Positions 1 to 13,967 of a stretch of DNA of 64,000 nucleotides are shown one piece after another. The stretch is from assembly GCF_963921235.1 (NCBI RefSeq), contig NC_086097.1, positions 86,058,001 through 86,122,000 of the forward strand, in the 5' to 3' direction. A model generated the notes under the pieces. The model searched no databases, was not told the DNA's origin, and saw only the letters and a program-made list of their open reading frames with translations. The position numbers and the translations under genes were made by a program. The stretch's first letter is position 1; each line of letters opens with the position of its first letter. Source of the stretch: Mobula hypostoma. Taxonomy: Eukaryota.

Positions 1-630
1 ACGACCCCAACAGACCCTATCCTTGTTGCTGCACTACCATTCTTGTGCATGAGTTACAAGGTTGTGGGTTCAAGCTTCATCTACAAAGTACAATCACCTC
101 ATTGACTTCATTAACAGTCCAGGGATGTAGAGGGTCAACCAGTTACCAATGGTAGAATACTGTAGCAACCTGCCTTGTGAAGCAAAGACCATGAAGAAGG
201 ATCTTCTTTTGACACTTTTGTGTTCAGGCGGAGGGTATTGGAAACTTATACTTCAGCATATCCACTGAAAGTGCCACCCTAGGTATTCACAGGTTTTCAT
301 GGATCCTGCTTTTCAGCTCTAACTCTTTGTAAATCCTATGAGCTCCCATGCTCAGCAGGAGGCACTCGATGCCCGTAAAGGGTCCAATTTTGATGTTATA
401 CAATGAGCAACTGGGAGAGCAGGTTGAATCTGAATTTGTAAGTTATCAGTTGCTTAACTCAGTACTATTCAATGCTGGTTTAAGGCGGATTACTCAGCCC
501 TAATTTCACAATACATAGCCACACAAGAAACTCACATACGACCCCCAAAGTCATGCTGCTTTGTCAGTTAATTTGTTAGTGTAGATTACCCTGAATGTAG
601 GTGGGTGACAGGACTATTGTATCAGGGTAT

Positions 631-800
631 AGATTAGAGATTAGATTATCTTTATTTGTCACATGTACATCAAAACATACAGTGAAATACGTTGCGTGTG
701 CAGTTTCGGGCTCTTATGCCTCCTCCTTGATGATAGTAATGAGAAGAGGGTGTGTCTTGGATGATGAAAGTAACTCATGATATATGCTGCCTCTTGATAT
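631..800 (-). mobile_element. Rex1/Babar LINE 3' fragment
   Basis: Minus-strand peptide HHPRHTLFSLLSSRRRHKS resembles the Rex1 C-terminal HPGHxLFSLLPSGRRYRS motif, next to a reverse AATAAA and microsatellite-like tail. Confidence 0.6.
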
Positions 801-1185
801 AGGTGATGGGTGTGACAGAGACAATGGGTTACAGGGAACTGCGGGGAATTGGATTGATTTGAGAGTAGACAGCAATTCAGTGGGCCAAATAGCCTCTGGT
901 ATTGTAGAAAAACATGAAAATACAAATATAAAAAAGTAACGTGTTTCTAATTCCCAATGGGGTTTCATTCACTGTTTATCTCTATAACCACTTATAGTCC
1001 CTTAACTCGTGAGATTTCTGCACTTACCCAAATCTCCCTCGCTGTGAGAACACTAATTTATTTGATCCTTCATTGCTGTCTGTGTCTCCAGCTGGCAAGG
1101 CACCAAACTCTGAATTTCTTGCCCTTAACCTCTCTGCCTCACCACCTGTCTCCCCTTTTAAGATGTTTGTTCAAGCATTTCCCTT

Positions 1186-1645
1186 GAATCAGAACCGGAA
1201 TCTTCATTTATTATCACTATCACATGCTGTGTACTTTGTTGTTTTGCAGCAGCAAGGACAACAAAAAATTGCTGTAAATTACAATATGAAATAGGAAAAC
1301 ATAAACTGTGCGAAAATTGAGGTAGTGTTCATGGTCTGTGAGAAATCTGATAGTGGAGGGGGAGCAACTGTTCCTAAAACATGTAGACTGTGCTTTCTGG
1401 CTCTTGCACCTCCTCCCTGGTGGTAGCAAAGAGAAGAGGGCATGGCCTGGGTGGTGAGGGACTTTAATGAAGGATGACACCCTGTCGAGGCATATTGAAG
1501 ATGTCCTTGGTGGTGGGGAGGCTAGGCCCATAATGGAACTGGCTGAGTTTACAACCCTCTGCAGATTTTTCTGATCCTGTGCATTGGTGCCTCCTTATCC
1601 TAGACAGTGATTCAACCAGTCAGAATTCTCTCCACAGTGCATCTG
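1186..1645 (-). mobile_element. Rex1/Babar LINE 3' fragment
   Basis: ORF 1220..1531 encodes PHHPGHALFSLLPPGRRCKSQKAQSTCFRNSCSPSTIRFL (Rex1 ORF end). A (GATTCT)-like tail lies at 1186-1202 in reverse. Confidence 0.75.
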
Positions 1646-1927
1646 TTCAACCTTTTGCGTTCTATTAAAATATAAAGTACTCTTTTTATTTTGGTATACT
1701 GGCTTATTACTCATTCTATTTTAAATATGTACGTGGCACATAGAAGAATCAACTGAAAAAAAAATTCACCGACCAACAGTGTTGAATAATCACTGTTTCA
1801 GGACACCTTGCAGACTGTATTTTTCCCAGATCTGTATTCTTCTGACTGCTTTCTGTTGCCACATATCGTGCACACAGAGCTTAACTAGAATTGATTCCCT
1901 GTACTATCGCTGATTATCCATTGCTAT

Positions 1928-2420
1928 TATAAGAACATAAAATGAAGCAGGAATCATTCCCTGAAGTCTGCTGTGCAACTCAACAAGATCATGGCTAATC
2001 TTTTACATTAACTCTATCTTTTGTCCTATACCTTATTCCTTGATTCCTCTAATACACAGAAATCTATCAGTCTCATTTTCAAAGGAATCAATGACTAAAC
2101 CTCCAAATCCCTCCTGATAGAGAATTGCAATGAATCACAATTTTATGAGTGAAGAAAGTTCTTTCATTAAAGTAAGAAATGGGTAAACCTTAATTTTAAG
2201 ACTAAGAAACCAAGTTTTAGGCTCCTCACCCAGGGGGAGATATTGTCCAGTATCTATCCTATGAAGATTTCCAACATAGCACAAAAACAGGCCCTTCAGC
2301 CCAACTAGTCTATACTGACTAAGATGTCTCATACAAGTTAGTCCCATTTACCAGTGTTTGGCCCATAATCTTCTGCACCTTCTCTGTCCCTGTACCTGTC
2401 CAACTGTAATTCTTCAAAAC
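1928..2420 (-). mobile_element. Old CR1 3'-end fragments
   Basis: Reverse CR1 tails (ataagaacata; catagcacaaaaacaggcccttcagccc) similar to other CR1 3' ends in the window. Confidence 0.55.
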
Positions 2421-2515
2421 ACTGAATAAAGGGCTCACCTACTTAATTTCCCTTCTTAATTTCTTCTCATATGACAGACCAATCATTCCAGATTGGTGAG
2501 AATCTGGTTAATCTT

Positions 2516-2780
2516 GGGCAGCACGGTAGCCTAGTGGTTAGCACAACGCTTTACAGTATAGGCGGCCTGGGTTCATTTTCTGCCACTGCCTGTCAGGAGT
2601 TTGTACGTTCTCCCCATGACCGTGTGGGTCTCCTCTGGGTGTGACGGTGTCCTCCCACAGTCCAGAGAAAATTTGTCATTGTAAATTTTCCAGTAATTAG
2701 GCTAGGATTTAATCAGGGGATTGCTGGGTGGTGTGGAAGGAAGGGCTAGAAGGGCCTTTTCTGTGCTGTATCTCAGTAAA
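2516..2780 (+). mobile_element. tRNA-derived V-SINE (HE1-like)
   Basis: tRNA-like head (ggtagcctagtggttagc, box A; gggttca, box B-like), V-domain gtttgtacgttctcccc...cctcccacagtcca, and a CR1-like tail agggccttttctgtgctgtat. Confidence 0.8.
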
Positions 2781-3357
2781 AGTTTAAAAAAAAATTACAA
2801 AATTTGCTGCATTCATTCTGGAGCAGGAGTATCCATTCTTCTGATAAGGAGGCCAAAAGTGTACACACTACTCCAGCATGGTCTTACCAAGGGTCTATAA
2901 TTGTAATAAGATGTTTACATTATACTCAAACTCTTTGGCCTTCTTCCTTTAAATTCGAAATTAATTTTTGTTTCTTATTCCATCCTTATTCTTTAGTTTT
3001 AATAACTTGAAATAACATTCAAAGAAGGCCTAGGAGAGGCAGTGTGTGCTAATATGACCCAACTCTAAGAACATAATACACAGCCCTCTGCTGTATGAAA
3101 TCTAATCACAGGATGGCCTGATCAAAGTAGATGCAAAACGTTTAAGAGAAATTTGTGTTGCTTTGATTGGCATCAGCAATAAGCAAAGTGTGCAGGAAAC
3201 TCCGGCACAATATCTCCTGAAGAGCTCTGTCCGTTTGCTCCTCTGAATGGCAACAAGATTAGAAGTTGAGGGCAGACCACGCTCTGTTGATATGGTCGAG
3301 AATGAGAGTTAGCCTGCCAGCATGGTGCCTGGAATAGGGGAAATCTTTGGTCACTGA

Positions 3358-3498
<141 letters not shown>

Positions 3499-5399
3499 TA
3501 AATGGATCCATTCCTCCAGGATTATGAACAGACAATTGGAGTGCTGACTGGAGGGCTAGATTTCAGCATAAAACCTTGTTCTGTGGATTGGAAGCTTGCC
3601 TGCGCAACACTGACTCTGGTTCCTCAGCTGAAGAACTGCAGCATTGCAGAACGTACCAAGTTCAGCAGCTTTGTGGAATTGGGAGTGGACTGGACAAAAG
3701 CCCAGGCTGTGATGTCATTACAAGGCCTTAGGCAAGATTGGTTAAGACTTTTTTTTTACCTGCCTTGCTTGTCACAGAAGGTAAAACACTGAGAAAGCTC
3801 TTTTGATAACAGGAATTGGCAAATATTTATTGAAAACATGAAAGGCAGTGCAGTATCATTCAATAAGAATGGGGAAATAAGTGCTTTTGCAATGACATCA
3901 CAACAATTCCATAAAATGGTCAACTCCAAATATCCTGACTAAAAACTGGGCAAGCGAGGCCATCTTAAAACAATAGGTTTTGTAGAAATAATACAAAACG
4001 TTTGTGCATTCTTGTACATTTGCACTGTCATTTAACCTTTTCTCGTTAAAGGTTTGGGATGGAGGGAAGAGCTGAGAGTGACTATTTATTAATCTAGGTC
4101 TTGTTTAAAATAATACACAAGAATTATTATATTAAAATTTAAAAACGCTGTATAGACAGTAAGAGAAAACAAGTATCTACTATTATCAATTTTGATATTT
4201 GTGCTTTAAATTAAAAGGTATAACTTTTCCTGAAGTGGAATTAGATGTGATGTGACACGAACATTAAGTATGCTCAGTGGAATGGTTAAAACAAAGTGGA
4301 TGTGGAACACAATTGTTTGCAGAACTGAAGAACCATGAATTAACATCATTGTGCTTGTCTCAAGTTCCTCTGCCAAATACTTTAGTGAGAACCATTAGGG
4401 AAAAAAAGTGCATTTGGAAGCTAGAGAAATGAGAGAGAGAAAGGAAGGAAGAGAGAGAAGGCTGCCAAAAAAAGTCAAGATTTTATATATTTAACTCATA
4501 AACTTTAGTTTTTACATCAGTAGACCCCATCAGTTGCAGCACACAAATTCAAACAAGTAGTTCTAACACGACAGGTCTTAGAAATGTTAAATCCATTGCC
4601 TAAGTTAACCAACGGTCACACATTCATTAATGTTATTGGCTTTGAGCTATTTAATGATTTATGGGAAACTCTCTCCACAGTCCATCAGGCCCACTGCAAA
4701 TGAATGCAAAATGACCTCATCATCTAAATGCAAGTGTTCCTAATGCTGCACATCAATTTGCCAAGAACTTGGAAAAGAATTCAGCTTTTCACAGTTACGT
4801 TATCAGGAGTGAACCATGATGTTAATATGGCATAAGAACCAGAAGTCCTGGTATTGCATGGTGAAGGTAATGCAACAGTTGCTGGGTGTTTACACTGTTT
4901 TCTCTTCTACTTTATGATTGCACATATTTTGATATCAATGGTACGATAAGTATGTTGTTAAAGGAAGATACAAGATGCAAAATAATTACAGCACAACATT
5001 TGCTCTATTAGCCTTTGGTTAATCAGTCCCTTTATAATCTGAGTATTAATAGTTGTGTTTAGACAGTGCAGTAATCACTATGGTGGTTTAGGGGAGTGTA
5101 CTATAAAATATATTTCAAACAAAATGTACTGAATATACCAATAGATGGTCACATTTATGTCAGGAGTTAAGCTGTGTGCTCTTATAACTAAGGAGACATT
5201 ACTTTTATACAAATCTGAAGATGAAAATGTAGTCTTCAAAACTTGTCATTTCCAACTTCTCAGTTCATAATTAGTAAGTTATAATTCTCTCCCAATTACT
5301 TTACCATTTCAAGAGGGTCTTATTACTGGCTGAAAATAAAGCACTTTAACATAATTCCTCAGTCACATCTCAAAGCTCTGAATGTGTTTCAGCTAATAA

Positions 5400-5670
5400 T
5401 GTAGAGTTACGCAGTGCAACAATGGGTGCTTCAGCCAACCACATCCATACAGACCTTTCCGTCCATCTACACTGATCCCATTGGTCTGCATTGGGACCAT
5501 ATCCTCCTGTGCCTTGCCTGTTTAAATGTCAGCTAAACAACTCTTAAACATAGTTAAACATCTAAATTCATCATCTCCTTCTGGCAGTGTGTTCCAGATA
5601 ACACCAATTGTCTGTTTAAAAAAAAAACCTTTACAATTCCTCCTTCATATCTTAAACCCATACCCTAAAA
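5400..5670 (-). mobile_element. Old CR1 3' fragment
   Basis: Degenerate reverse CR1 3' UTR and ORF2 end. Confidence 0.5.
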
Positions 5671-6344
5671 TAAAGCTATAGTGCACTGCAACTCAGAAAC
5701 AGACCCCTGGGTCTGTTTAGGCTGTGCTAAACTGCTATTTTCACTTGTCCTATTGACCTGCATATGGACCATAGCCCTCCATCCCCTTCCCATCCACATA
5801 CTTATCCAAATTTCTCTTAACCATTTCAATCAAATATGGGGAGCAGGTTATGACTATCTACACTATTTGTATCTTTCAATCTTCTATTCTTACATACTGT
5901 ACCTCTACCACAATTTCAATTGCATTTATCTAGGCAAATGTAATAGCCTCATAATATGCTTCCACAAGCAGCAGTATGAGGACTGAATACTTAATCTGGA
6001 AATTTGATGATGAGAAATTATTCCGTGCAAGAGCATCAGGCGCTTCATTCATCTGAATCAGTGGGTGAGATGGATAGGTTATTTATTTGAGGTCTCCTCC
6101 GAAGTATAAACAACCAAGAGTGCTGCTATCATTTGATCATTTGTACTGTTTGTTCATCAAAGGGCAATCCTTGACCCCACAGCTACCAAAATGTTTAAAA
6201 GTGCTGGACCATAACTGAGTGGATAGACACTTTCTGCTTTGATGGTGGAAAGTAGCTCAGGAAGGTCACAATGCAACCATTTCAAAATTGAATGTAGAAA
6301 GGTCTGTTTTTACAGACCAAGTTATTTTGCTTCCATTTTTGATT

Positions 6345-6608
6345 ATAGAAACATAGAAAGGCTACAGCACAATACAGGCCCTTCGGCCCACAATGCTGTG
6401 CCGAACATGTACTGACTTGAGAAATTACTTAGGGTTACCCATAGTCCTCTATTTTTCTAAGCTCCATGTACCTATCTAGGAGTCTCTTAAAAGACCCCAT
6501 CGTATCCGCATCCACCACCGTTGCCAGCAGCCACGCACTCACCACTCTCTGCATAAAAAAACTTACCCCTGACGTCTCCTCTGTACCTACTTCCAAGCAC
6601 CTTTAAAC
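6345..6608 (-). mobile_element. CR1 3' end (TTTCTATG-tail subfamily)
   Basis: atagaaacatagaaa tail. Closely similar to 19422-19695. Confidence 0.85.
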
Positions 6609-7341
6609 AAGAGGTGGTGACTCTCAGTTGGTCAGGTTGAGGAGAATACTGATTTCTCATTACGAATTTATCGGTGACCATTTCATACACATACTTCATC
6701 CTAGGGGTGTATTAATATTATCTGAATGCTTTTGATTTTATGTAGAACTCCTTAATTAGTATGTTCTTGAGGAAAAAGCTGGTATTGATCACTCTATCAG
6801 TGTTAGTGATTTGTTAACAAAACAATGTGAAGCTTAGGGTTGGGTTGATCTTTTTCTAATCCTTTACTTAATTCAGTTCACTTTTAAATATTGAACCTGA
6901 TGTAAATTTTTTTTTCCACTAGCATCAATTAGTACTTATCCATTGTGTGTTCATGGTTCTGAGGTGCACATTTTAAGAAGATCCTGAGTTCACCTGTCAG
7001 TCTGTGTTGAGTTAATCAATTTGCACTCAAGAGGCAACTGGGAATGAATGAGACTACAAATGTGTGAGATTTCTGTTTCTCACTAGTAGGTAAGCTTTGA
7101 AGAAATGCAGTCGTGTGGACGAGAACTGGATCAGTCTCAGCTCTATGACTCGCCACACTGCAAATGGCCTAAAGAGACAACCGTGAGGAAAGGACATTAT
7201 GATCTATATTCTCTTTCTAGCTCTGGGCACGGAAGCCAATTGCAGCATACACTTTGTTTTGCTGATATAAGCAAACTCTGCACAGACCCAGAATTGAATC
7301 TGTAAAGCTTTCATGGTGGCTCAGACTTAGACAATCATTAT

Positions 7342-7410
7342 CAGAGGTTCCACAGATCCCTCGGTTAATGGTAGGGGTCCATGGTATAAAAAAAACATTG
7401 GGAACTCCTG
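7342..7410. mobile_element. Possible hAT/Charlie-type MITE remnant
   Basis: Ends cagaggttcc...ggaactcctg form an imperfect TIR of CAGGGGTTCCCAA type. No 8-bp TSD is visible. Confidence 0.4.
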
Positions 7411-7599
7411 CACTGGACAAACTCAATTGTCAAATAATCAAAAACAAAAAATAACTTGCTTATTCCAACATAGGTGGCCTTTCAGCCCACTTTCATCCAC
7501 GTTGGTTCTCACCACTGCAGTCCAGTAAATCCTGTTCTCCTGTTTAATTTCCTGTAGCCCTGCAACCCCCCTTTGATTCTTTGCCATTTCTGCACATGT

Positions 7600-7769
7600 T
7601 TACATTTACCAGTGAATCTATAAGCACGTTTGGGATGCAGGAGTGAAATCATGTGGCCATGGGGTGAGGGGGGAACTCACAACACCTATACTGCACGTAA
7701 GGTCTGGATCAAATCCAGGTCTCTGGATTTGTCAGCCAGCAGCACTAACTGCTGCACCGCCTTGCCACC
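7600..7769 (-). mobile_element. Degenerate V-SINE
   Basis: The reverse strand begins ggtggcaaggcggtgcagcagttagtgctgct (tRNA-like head), followed by an eroded V-domain. Confidence 0.5.
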
Positions 7770-8494
7770 TAACTTAACAAGCGTTAAATGAAAACAAATA
7801 AAATCAATTGAGGAAAGTTGTGATTCCAGAAATCAAAGGGGCACTCTCGTATGGCCCATGCTCCACTGATGCTCACCTGGTCATGTGCTATTGTTAGGAG
7901 CTTGGTTGCCAAGGATGGAGGTACATTGAATGGTGATAGTAATTATGAATGTACAACCTTAATTTGATCTGGATTTCTTCAAGAGTTGTCATGCAGTCTG
8001 CTTCTGGGTGTGATAGTTGCCTACGGTGAACTGATTTGAAGGGTGTACTGCTACCACCAGTCTGTTTTCTCTAGTGCTACTGCAGCTACCTTAGTGTGCT
8101 GCCAATCAAGTCTTATTGTTTCATCTAGAAGGAGGGAGGATTTCATTTGTGTCACGTGAATTACATCATAACAACACATCTCAGCTATTGTTCTTAACAG
8201 AAGAACTTTGACTTTACTGAAGTGTTTTAAAATTCCTTTATATTTATGTTTAAAAAGCCTTAAATTCAATGAATTTGCTCTCAAAAAGGAGCAGACAGCA
8301 CGGATAAAACGTGCAAGATTTGGGAGAGATTGGCAGGTTTGTCTCAAATATTAAAGGTGAGATGATAAATATCGAAATATTAATATGTAAATCCACTTGA
8401 TGAAATGCACCGACTGGAGCAGATTAATTTAAGCAATTTACAGTAAGTGGAAGGTTTTTATACATTCAATTAGTTTTTAGCCTTTGCTGGGGAC

Positions 8495-8744
8495 CGTTAT
8501 GTTTTGTAACTCCAGAAACTAATTGAAAGAAAACCATAAAAGCCGGGACATTTGCCACCTTAGTTTTTCTTTCCTTCTCTTTGAGTGAGGTGCTCACTTA
8601 TGATGTGGTGCCGTAATGATATATGCCATTCACATACTTCTTACATATAACCTTAATGAATTACATACACAAACGTAGAATTCTTAATCAAACAATGTAT
8701 TTATAATGTTACTCAAATATTATTGAAATATTAAATTCACTACA
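8495..8744 (-). repeat. 3' LTR of the Mag-like element
   Basis: (C)GTTAT...CTACA ends, directly adjoined by ctcctccctgctt (reverse AAGCAGGGAGGAG polypurine tract). Confidence 0.6.
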
Positions 8745-9582
8745 CTCCTCCCTGCTTAGCTATAAATGGCAACTCAATATAGAATGCTTCTTTGCATCTC
8801 AACTCAAAATATGTAATATATTGTTCTCTCATCATTATATAATATATACGCAAACAGTATGCTATATAATACAACTACTATACTGTAATAGATATTCACA
8901 GCATAGTAAATATTAATTTGTCCTATTCAAGTGTGAAGATTTAATTGCTGTGGAGAATTTCTTGCTTTGTGCAATAACGTCTTTCCTGATGGGTGGGGGT
9001 GGGGGGGGGGATTGCAGTGGTCACTCTGTTTGGCAGGTGAGACTTGTGGCTGTGAAACAATCTCAGTTTCCAGGGCCGCCTCTGTGGCGATCACAGGAGT
9101 TAACTCTGGGACTGTAGGAAGTAGTTCTTTCCTCTCTTAAGAATTGACTCTGCTCTCCTCAACTGGTCAATGTGTCGTCTCCACTCTGTAAGAGAGTGGT
9201 CTAGTTCTGGTCATTAATCTTTCCAAGTACCCACTTTTGATCATCTGTAGTCCATCACCAGGACTACTTGTCCAGGAGTGAAACATTGAACCTGCTTGTT
9301 TGAGGAACCCTCAATTTGTCTCAGCTGCTTGTCCTACATATTCATTCTGAGATTGGATTTGAGGAGATCCAAGCGTGACTGCAAGGGAGGACCCAGGAAC
9401 AGCATAGCTGTTGAGTTGTTTGTTGTGGAGTGTGCTGCATTGTGATATGCAGGGAGGAAATCAGCAAGCTTCTGATTCAGTGTAAGTGTTCTGCTGACAC
9501 TGTTCTCAGCAAGTCCTTTAGAACCTGGACAAACCTTTCTGCTAAACCATTTGTAGCTGGGTGGTACAGTGCAGATGTTATA

Positions 9583-10895
9583 TCAAGTCAAGTTTATTGT
9601 CATTTAACTATGTATACACATGTATACTGTCAACAAGCCGAAGTTTCTCTGAACCAGGGTGTAAAGCACAGTCGTACACATAACACACATAAAACACACA
9701 ATAACTTAGGAAAGTAAAAATAAAATCTACAGATGAATTACACATAAATTAACCAAGTGCGTAAATTAAATATTGTAATATACAGAACAGATTAACTGGT
9801 GATACTTCAAATGTGATATGACAGGGACTTCAAAAGCCTAATGGTCTGAGGGAAGAAATTGTTTCCCATCCTGACCATTTTTGTTTCTATCCTGCCTGAT
9901 GGTAGAAAGTCAAAGAGGATGCTGGATGGATGGGTGGGTTCCTTGAGAATACAAAGGGCTCTCATTAAATGTCCCCAATGGATGGTAGGGAGACCCTTAT
10001 GATTCTCTCTGCAGTTCTCACAGTCTTTTGTAAGGACTGCCAGTCCAATGTTCTGCTGCTCCTATAGCAGATGGAGATGTAGCTTGTTAGGACACTATCA
10101 ATGGTACTCCTATAAAATTCAGTTAGAATAGTGGTGGTGGGGGGGAGTCTTGCTTGCCTTAATCTCCTTAGTAAGTGGAGGCACTGCTGTGCCTTCTTGT
10201 TCAGAGAGGTGATATTAAGGGCTAGGTGAGGTCATCTGTGATGAGAACTCCCAGAAACTTGGTGGATTTAACTCTCTCTCCAGAAGAGCCATGTATTCGC
10301 AGAGGGGGATTGTTCATCTGCACCAACCCAAAGTCCACAATGATTTCTTTGGTCTTCTTCATGTTCAGACTTAGGTTATTCTTCTCATATCAGTCCACCA
10401 GCTGCTCCATTTTCTCTCTGTACTCTGACTCATCGTCATTGTTGATGTGGTCAACCACTGTTGTGCCATCTGCAAACTTGATGATATGGTCTGAGATGAA
10501 ACCCGCGACGCGACACAGTCACATGTCAGCAGTGTGAACAGCAGCGGCTGAGCACACAGCCCTAGGGAGTGCCAGCTCTGAGCATAGTGGGACTAGAGAC
10601 ATTGCCGCACACACAGACTGACTGTGGCCTTTCTGTTAAGAAGTCCAGGATCTAATTGTAGAAGGAGGTATTGAGACCCAATGAGGAAAGTTTTCCCACC
10701 AGTTTCTAGGGTATAATGGAGTTAAAAGCCAAACCGAAGTCTACAAAGAGCAGCCTGACATATGAGACTCCATTTTCCAGGTAGGACAGGACAGAGTGGA
10801 GGGCTGAGGCTCTTTCATCGTTAATGGATTGATTCAAGTGATAAGCAAACTGGAATGGGTCCAATGTAGCTGGATGTGAGGCATTAATGTGCTCC
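9583..10895 (-). mobile_element. 5'-truncated Rex1/Babar LINE nested in the Gypsy integrase
   Basis: Reverse tail tcaagtcaagtttattgtc. RT remnants on the minus strand (KFADGTTVVD; KEIIVDFG). Confidence 0.8.
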
Positions 10896-13231
10896 GTGTC
10901 ACTGACTAAATGTTCTAGAATGCCAGTCCTTGAGAAGAGGCTTCACAACACATCAACAGCGTGTGAGGCTGCAGTGGAGGCTATTGGGAACACTGCTGGC
11001 CATTTTGTAGCTGCATCCACTATTACCAAGAAATTTGTGTCCATGAATGGTCCGGCAAAATCCACGTGAATCCTCTGCCAGGCCAATGAATGCCATTACC
11101 AGGGATGGAGAGGTGCTGCTCTTGGGGTCTTTTGGATGTGTTGGCATCCTGAACAGTGCATGGCAAGCTGTTCAATCTGTTGATCTATCCCAGGCCACCA
11201 GACAAAGCTTCGAGCCAACACCTTCATTTTGTCCACACCTAGATGACCAGCACGTAGCTCCTCCAACACATTAGCTTTTATCTGGGATGGTATAGCAACT
11301 TTCAATCTCCATCTATGGCAACCCCTTCAAGGGCAAAATCATCCCGGCACTGGTAAAAATAGGGGAACTGGAATTTCTGCTGCACATTCCAGCTATTTTG
11401 GGTTGCTATGTAGACCTGAGACTGTGTGGGGTCTTTTCTGCTTTCCTTAGGGATCATCTCTGCTGTAATAGGAAGCATTTCTTGGCATTAGGGAGAATAT
11501 GTCAAGAGGAGTGTCCTCTTTTGTAAAGTTTTCAGGTATTTCCTTTTCCGAGGGTAAACATGACAATCCATCAGCATATCTATGATTGGTTGTCCTCTTG
11601 AATTCAATCTAGTAATTGTTTCCTCTAGAGATCAGCGTCCATTTCTGCCCTCGTGTCACTGCTGTTAGTGGAAAATCCTGCTGTGGATTGAAAGTGAACA
11701 CTAGTGGTTGATGATCAGTAATGAGGGTAAACCCCCTCCCGTATTTTACACCCCAGACCAGACTCAAGGTTTCTCTGTCAATCTGTGCATAATTAATCTC
11801 TGCAGCAGTAAGGGAACGTGATGCAAAGGCTCCGGGGCGCTCACTTCCATCACTCATAACATGTGACATGACTGTACCAATACCATAAGGCGAGGCCTCA
11901 CAGGCAAGCTTCCCTGATCTGTAGTAATGAGCTCGAGGGGAGGAGCACAGTAGCCAGGCTTGGCAGGAACCTGTTATAGTAATTGATAAATCCTAAATAG
12001 GACCACAATTGTGACACGTCCGCTTGCCTTGGGGCATCTACCATTGCTTGAATGTTCTCAGCACACTGGTGTAATCCCTGTGCGTCAATAATCTGATGAC
12101 AGTAAGTGATGCTAGATTTAAATAATTCATCCCAACAGTAAGTCGGCTATAGCAATAAAGCCCTTTTTGAGTTTATATGGTGAGAAACACTTTTGACTGT
12201 TCTTCCATCTCCATTTTAGGTAGACTTTAGCTAAGCCACTTTGCTGAAGTATTTCCCTCCAGAACGGTTTGCAGAGATATTATATATCCTGGGCAGAGGA
12301 TATTGATCTACTTTAAGTATTGGGTTGATGGTGAACTTAAAATCAGCAGAGATCCTAATAGACCCATTCTTCTTGGCTGCTGGAACAACTGACATTGCCC
12401 ATGGGCTCCACTCAACTTGGAAAGAATTCTTACAGCCTTCATGAGATTTAGCTCACTGGCTACTTTATTACGGATGTTATAAGGAACCGGACAGGCTTCA
12501 TAAAATTTGCTGTGGCATTTTCATTTAATACCAGTTTACCCCTGATATGCTTGCGTTTTCCAGTGCCATCCTTGAGCACTGCTGTGGCATCATCCAGTAG
12601 CTTTCTTAATTCACTTTCAGTTGGCACTATTACAGGGGATGTGGCATGCAAATGGCAGATGGATCTCCAATCAAGTCATAGTTGTCTCAGCCACTCAAAG
12701 CCCCACAATACTGACCTTCCCACGTTTTACCACATACAAGATTTTGATTACTGTGTAGAAAGTTACAAATGTAATTCCCCAGAAATTATCTTCTCTCCAG
12801 TTTAAGTTCTTAGCGGGATATTTACAGCCTTCAGTTTAGTCTATTTGAAATGCCCATCACACTCATTTTGTTGAATGACTGAAATAGCCAAGGCAATGTC
12901 CAATACCATTTTAATTAATTTGCCATTCACTTCTGGTGTAAGCCATATTGCTTGTCTACTTTTAGTTTTCACATTTAAATCTCAAGGCTACATAGTCCTG
13001 TGTCATTATTATCATTATCATATTTTTCACACACAGCATGCAGATTAGTGTTGCTTTTGAAACTGTAACTTTTTAGCTTTTCCTCTTCCCTGTGCAGTCT
13101 ATTTTTTTTTCCTGCCTGGTATGCTCTCTGTATGTGTCCTACTTTGTTACACTTTCTGCAAGTTTTGCCTTTAAATATGCATTGGTCTGGTGTATGTGAG
13201 CCCCTGCCACAATGATAACACAAGCTGTTTA

Positions 13232-13967
13232 TGTCATGGTCCAGTCTGTGAAATCCGCATTCCGGTTCACAGTCCGGTTCATCGATCCTTATTCCGGGTT
13301 TTCCTGTTTTCCCTTGTTCCATTGGGTGCCTTAACTGGGGCACCTGATCCTCATTTTGGGTTGGCACACAAATACCTCTGCAAACCAAGGATTCCCTGCT
13401 GGACTGTTCCCTTCCCCTCCCCATCCGGATCACCGACAGTTACCTCGGCAAGTATCCTCGGCGGTCATCCTGGCCCTGCGTCCTAGAAAGCATCCGGCTC
13501 TGTGTCCAAGGAAGGGTCCCGGCCCTACGTCCTAGAAAGGGTCCCGGCCCTGCGCTCCAAGAAGGATTCCCGGCTCCGTACCCAAGGGCCTAACCGAGCT
13601 GAGTCCAAGAGCCAATTCCTGTGCTGGAGTTTCCTCATTCTGTGCTGGAGTTCCTCACCCAGCCAGGAAGCTCCTCGCCCAGCCCTGTGCTGGAAATTCT
13701 TCATCCAGTCCAGGCGTTCCCTCATCTAGACCAGGAGTTCCCTCGTCCAGTCCAAGCCACATCCAAGAACCTCGTCTAGTCCAAGCCATGTCCAAGAACT
13801 TTGTCTAGTCCGAGCCTCGTTCAAGAGTCCAGGGCCTGTGTCCATGTCCAGCGTCGTTTTTTCCTGACTCCCCTTGCTTTCTTGATAATCCTTGTCCTGT
13901 TCCTAGTACTTCAGTGTCTGTGTCCTGCATTTGGGTCTGCTCCAACAGTCTATAAACTGCTATAACA
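13232..13967. mobile_element. Solo LTR inserted into Gypsy gag
   Basis: TGTCATG...TATAACA ends flanked by a near-perfect 5-bp TSD, GTTTA/GTTTC. GC-rich with internal short tandem repeats (cctagaaag, tccaag units). Confidence 0.7.

Noticed and set aside
340..443. Open frame ending at a GTAAGT donor (438)
   Set aside because: Upstream in-frame stop, weak acceptor and no recognisable protein.
8288..8356. WD40-like peptide STDKTCKIW before a GTGAGA donor
   Set aside because: In-frame stop at 8270 and no polypyrimidine acceptor; likely chance.
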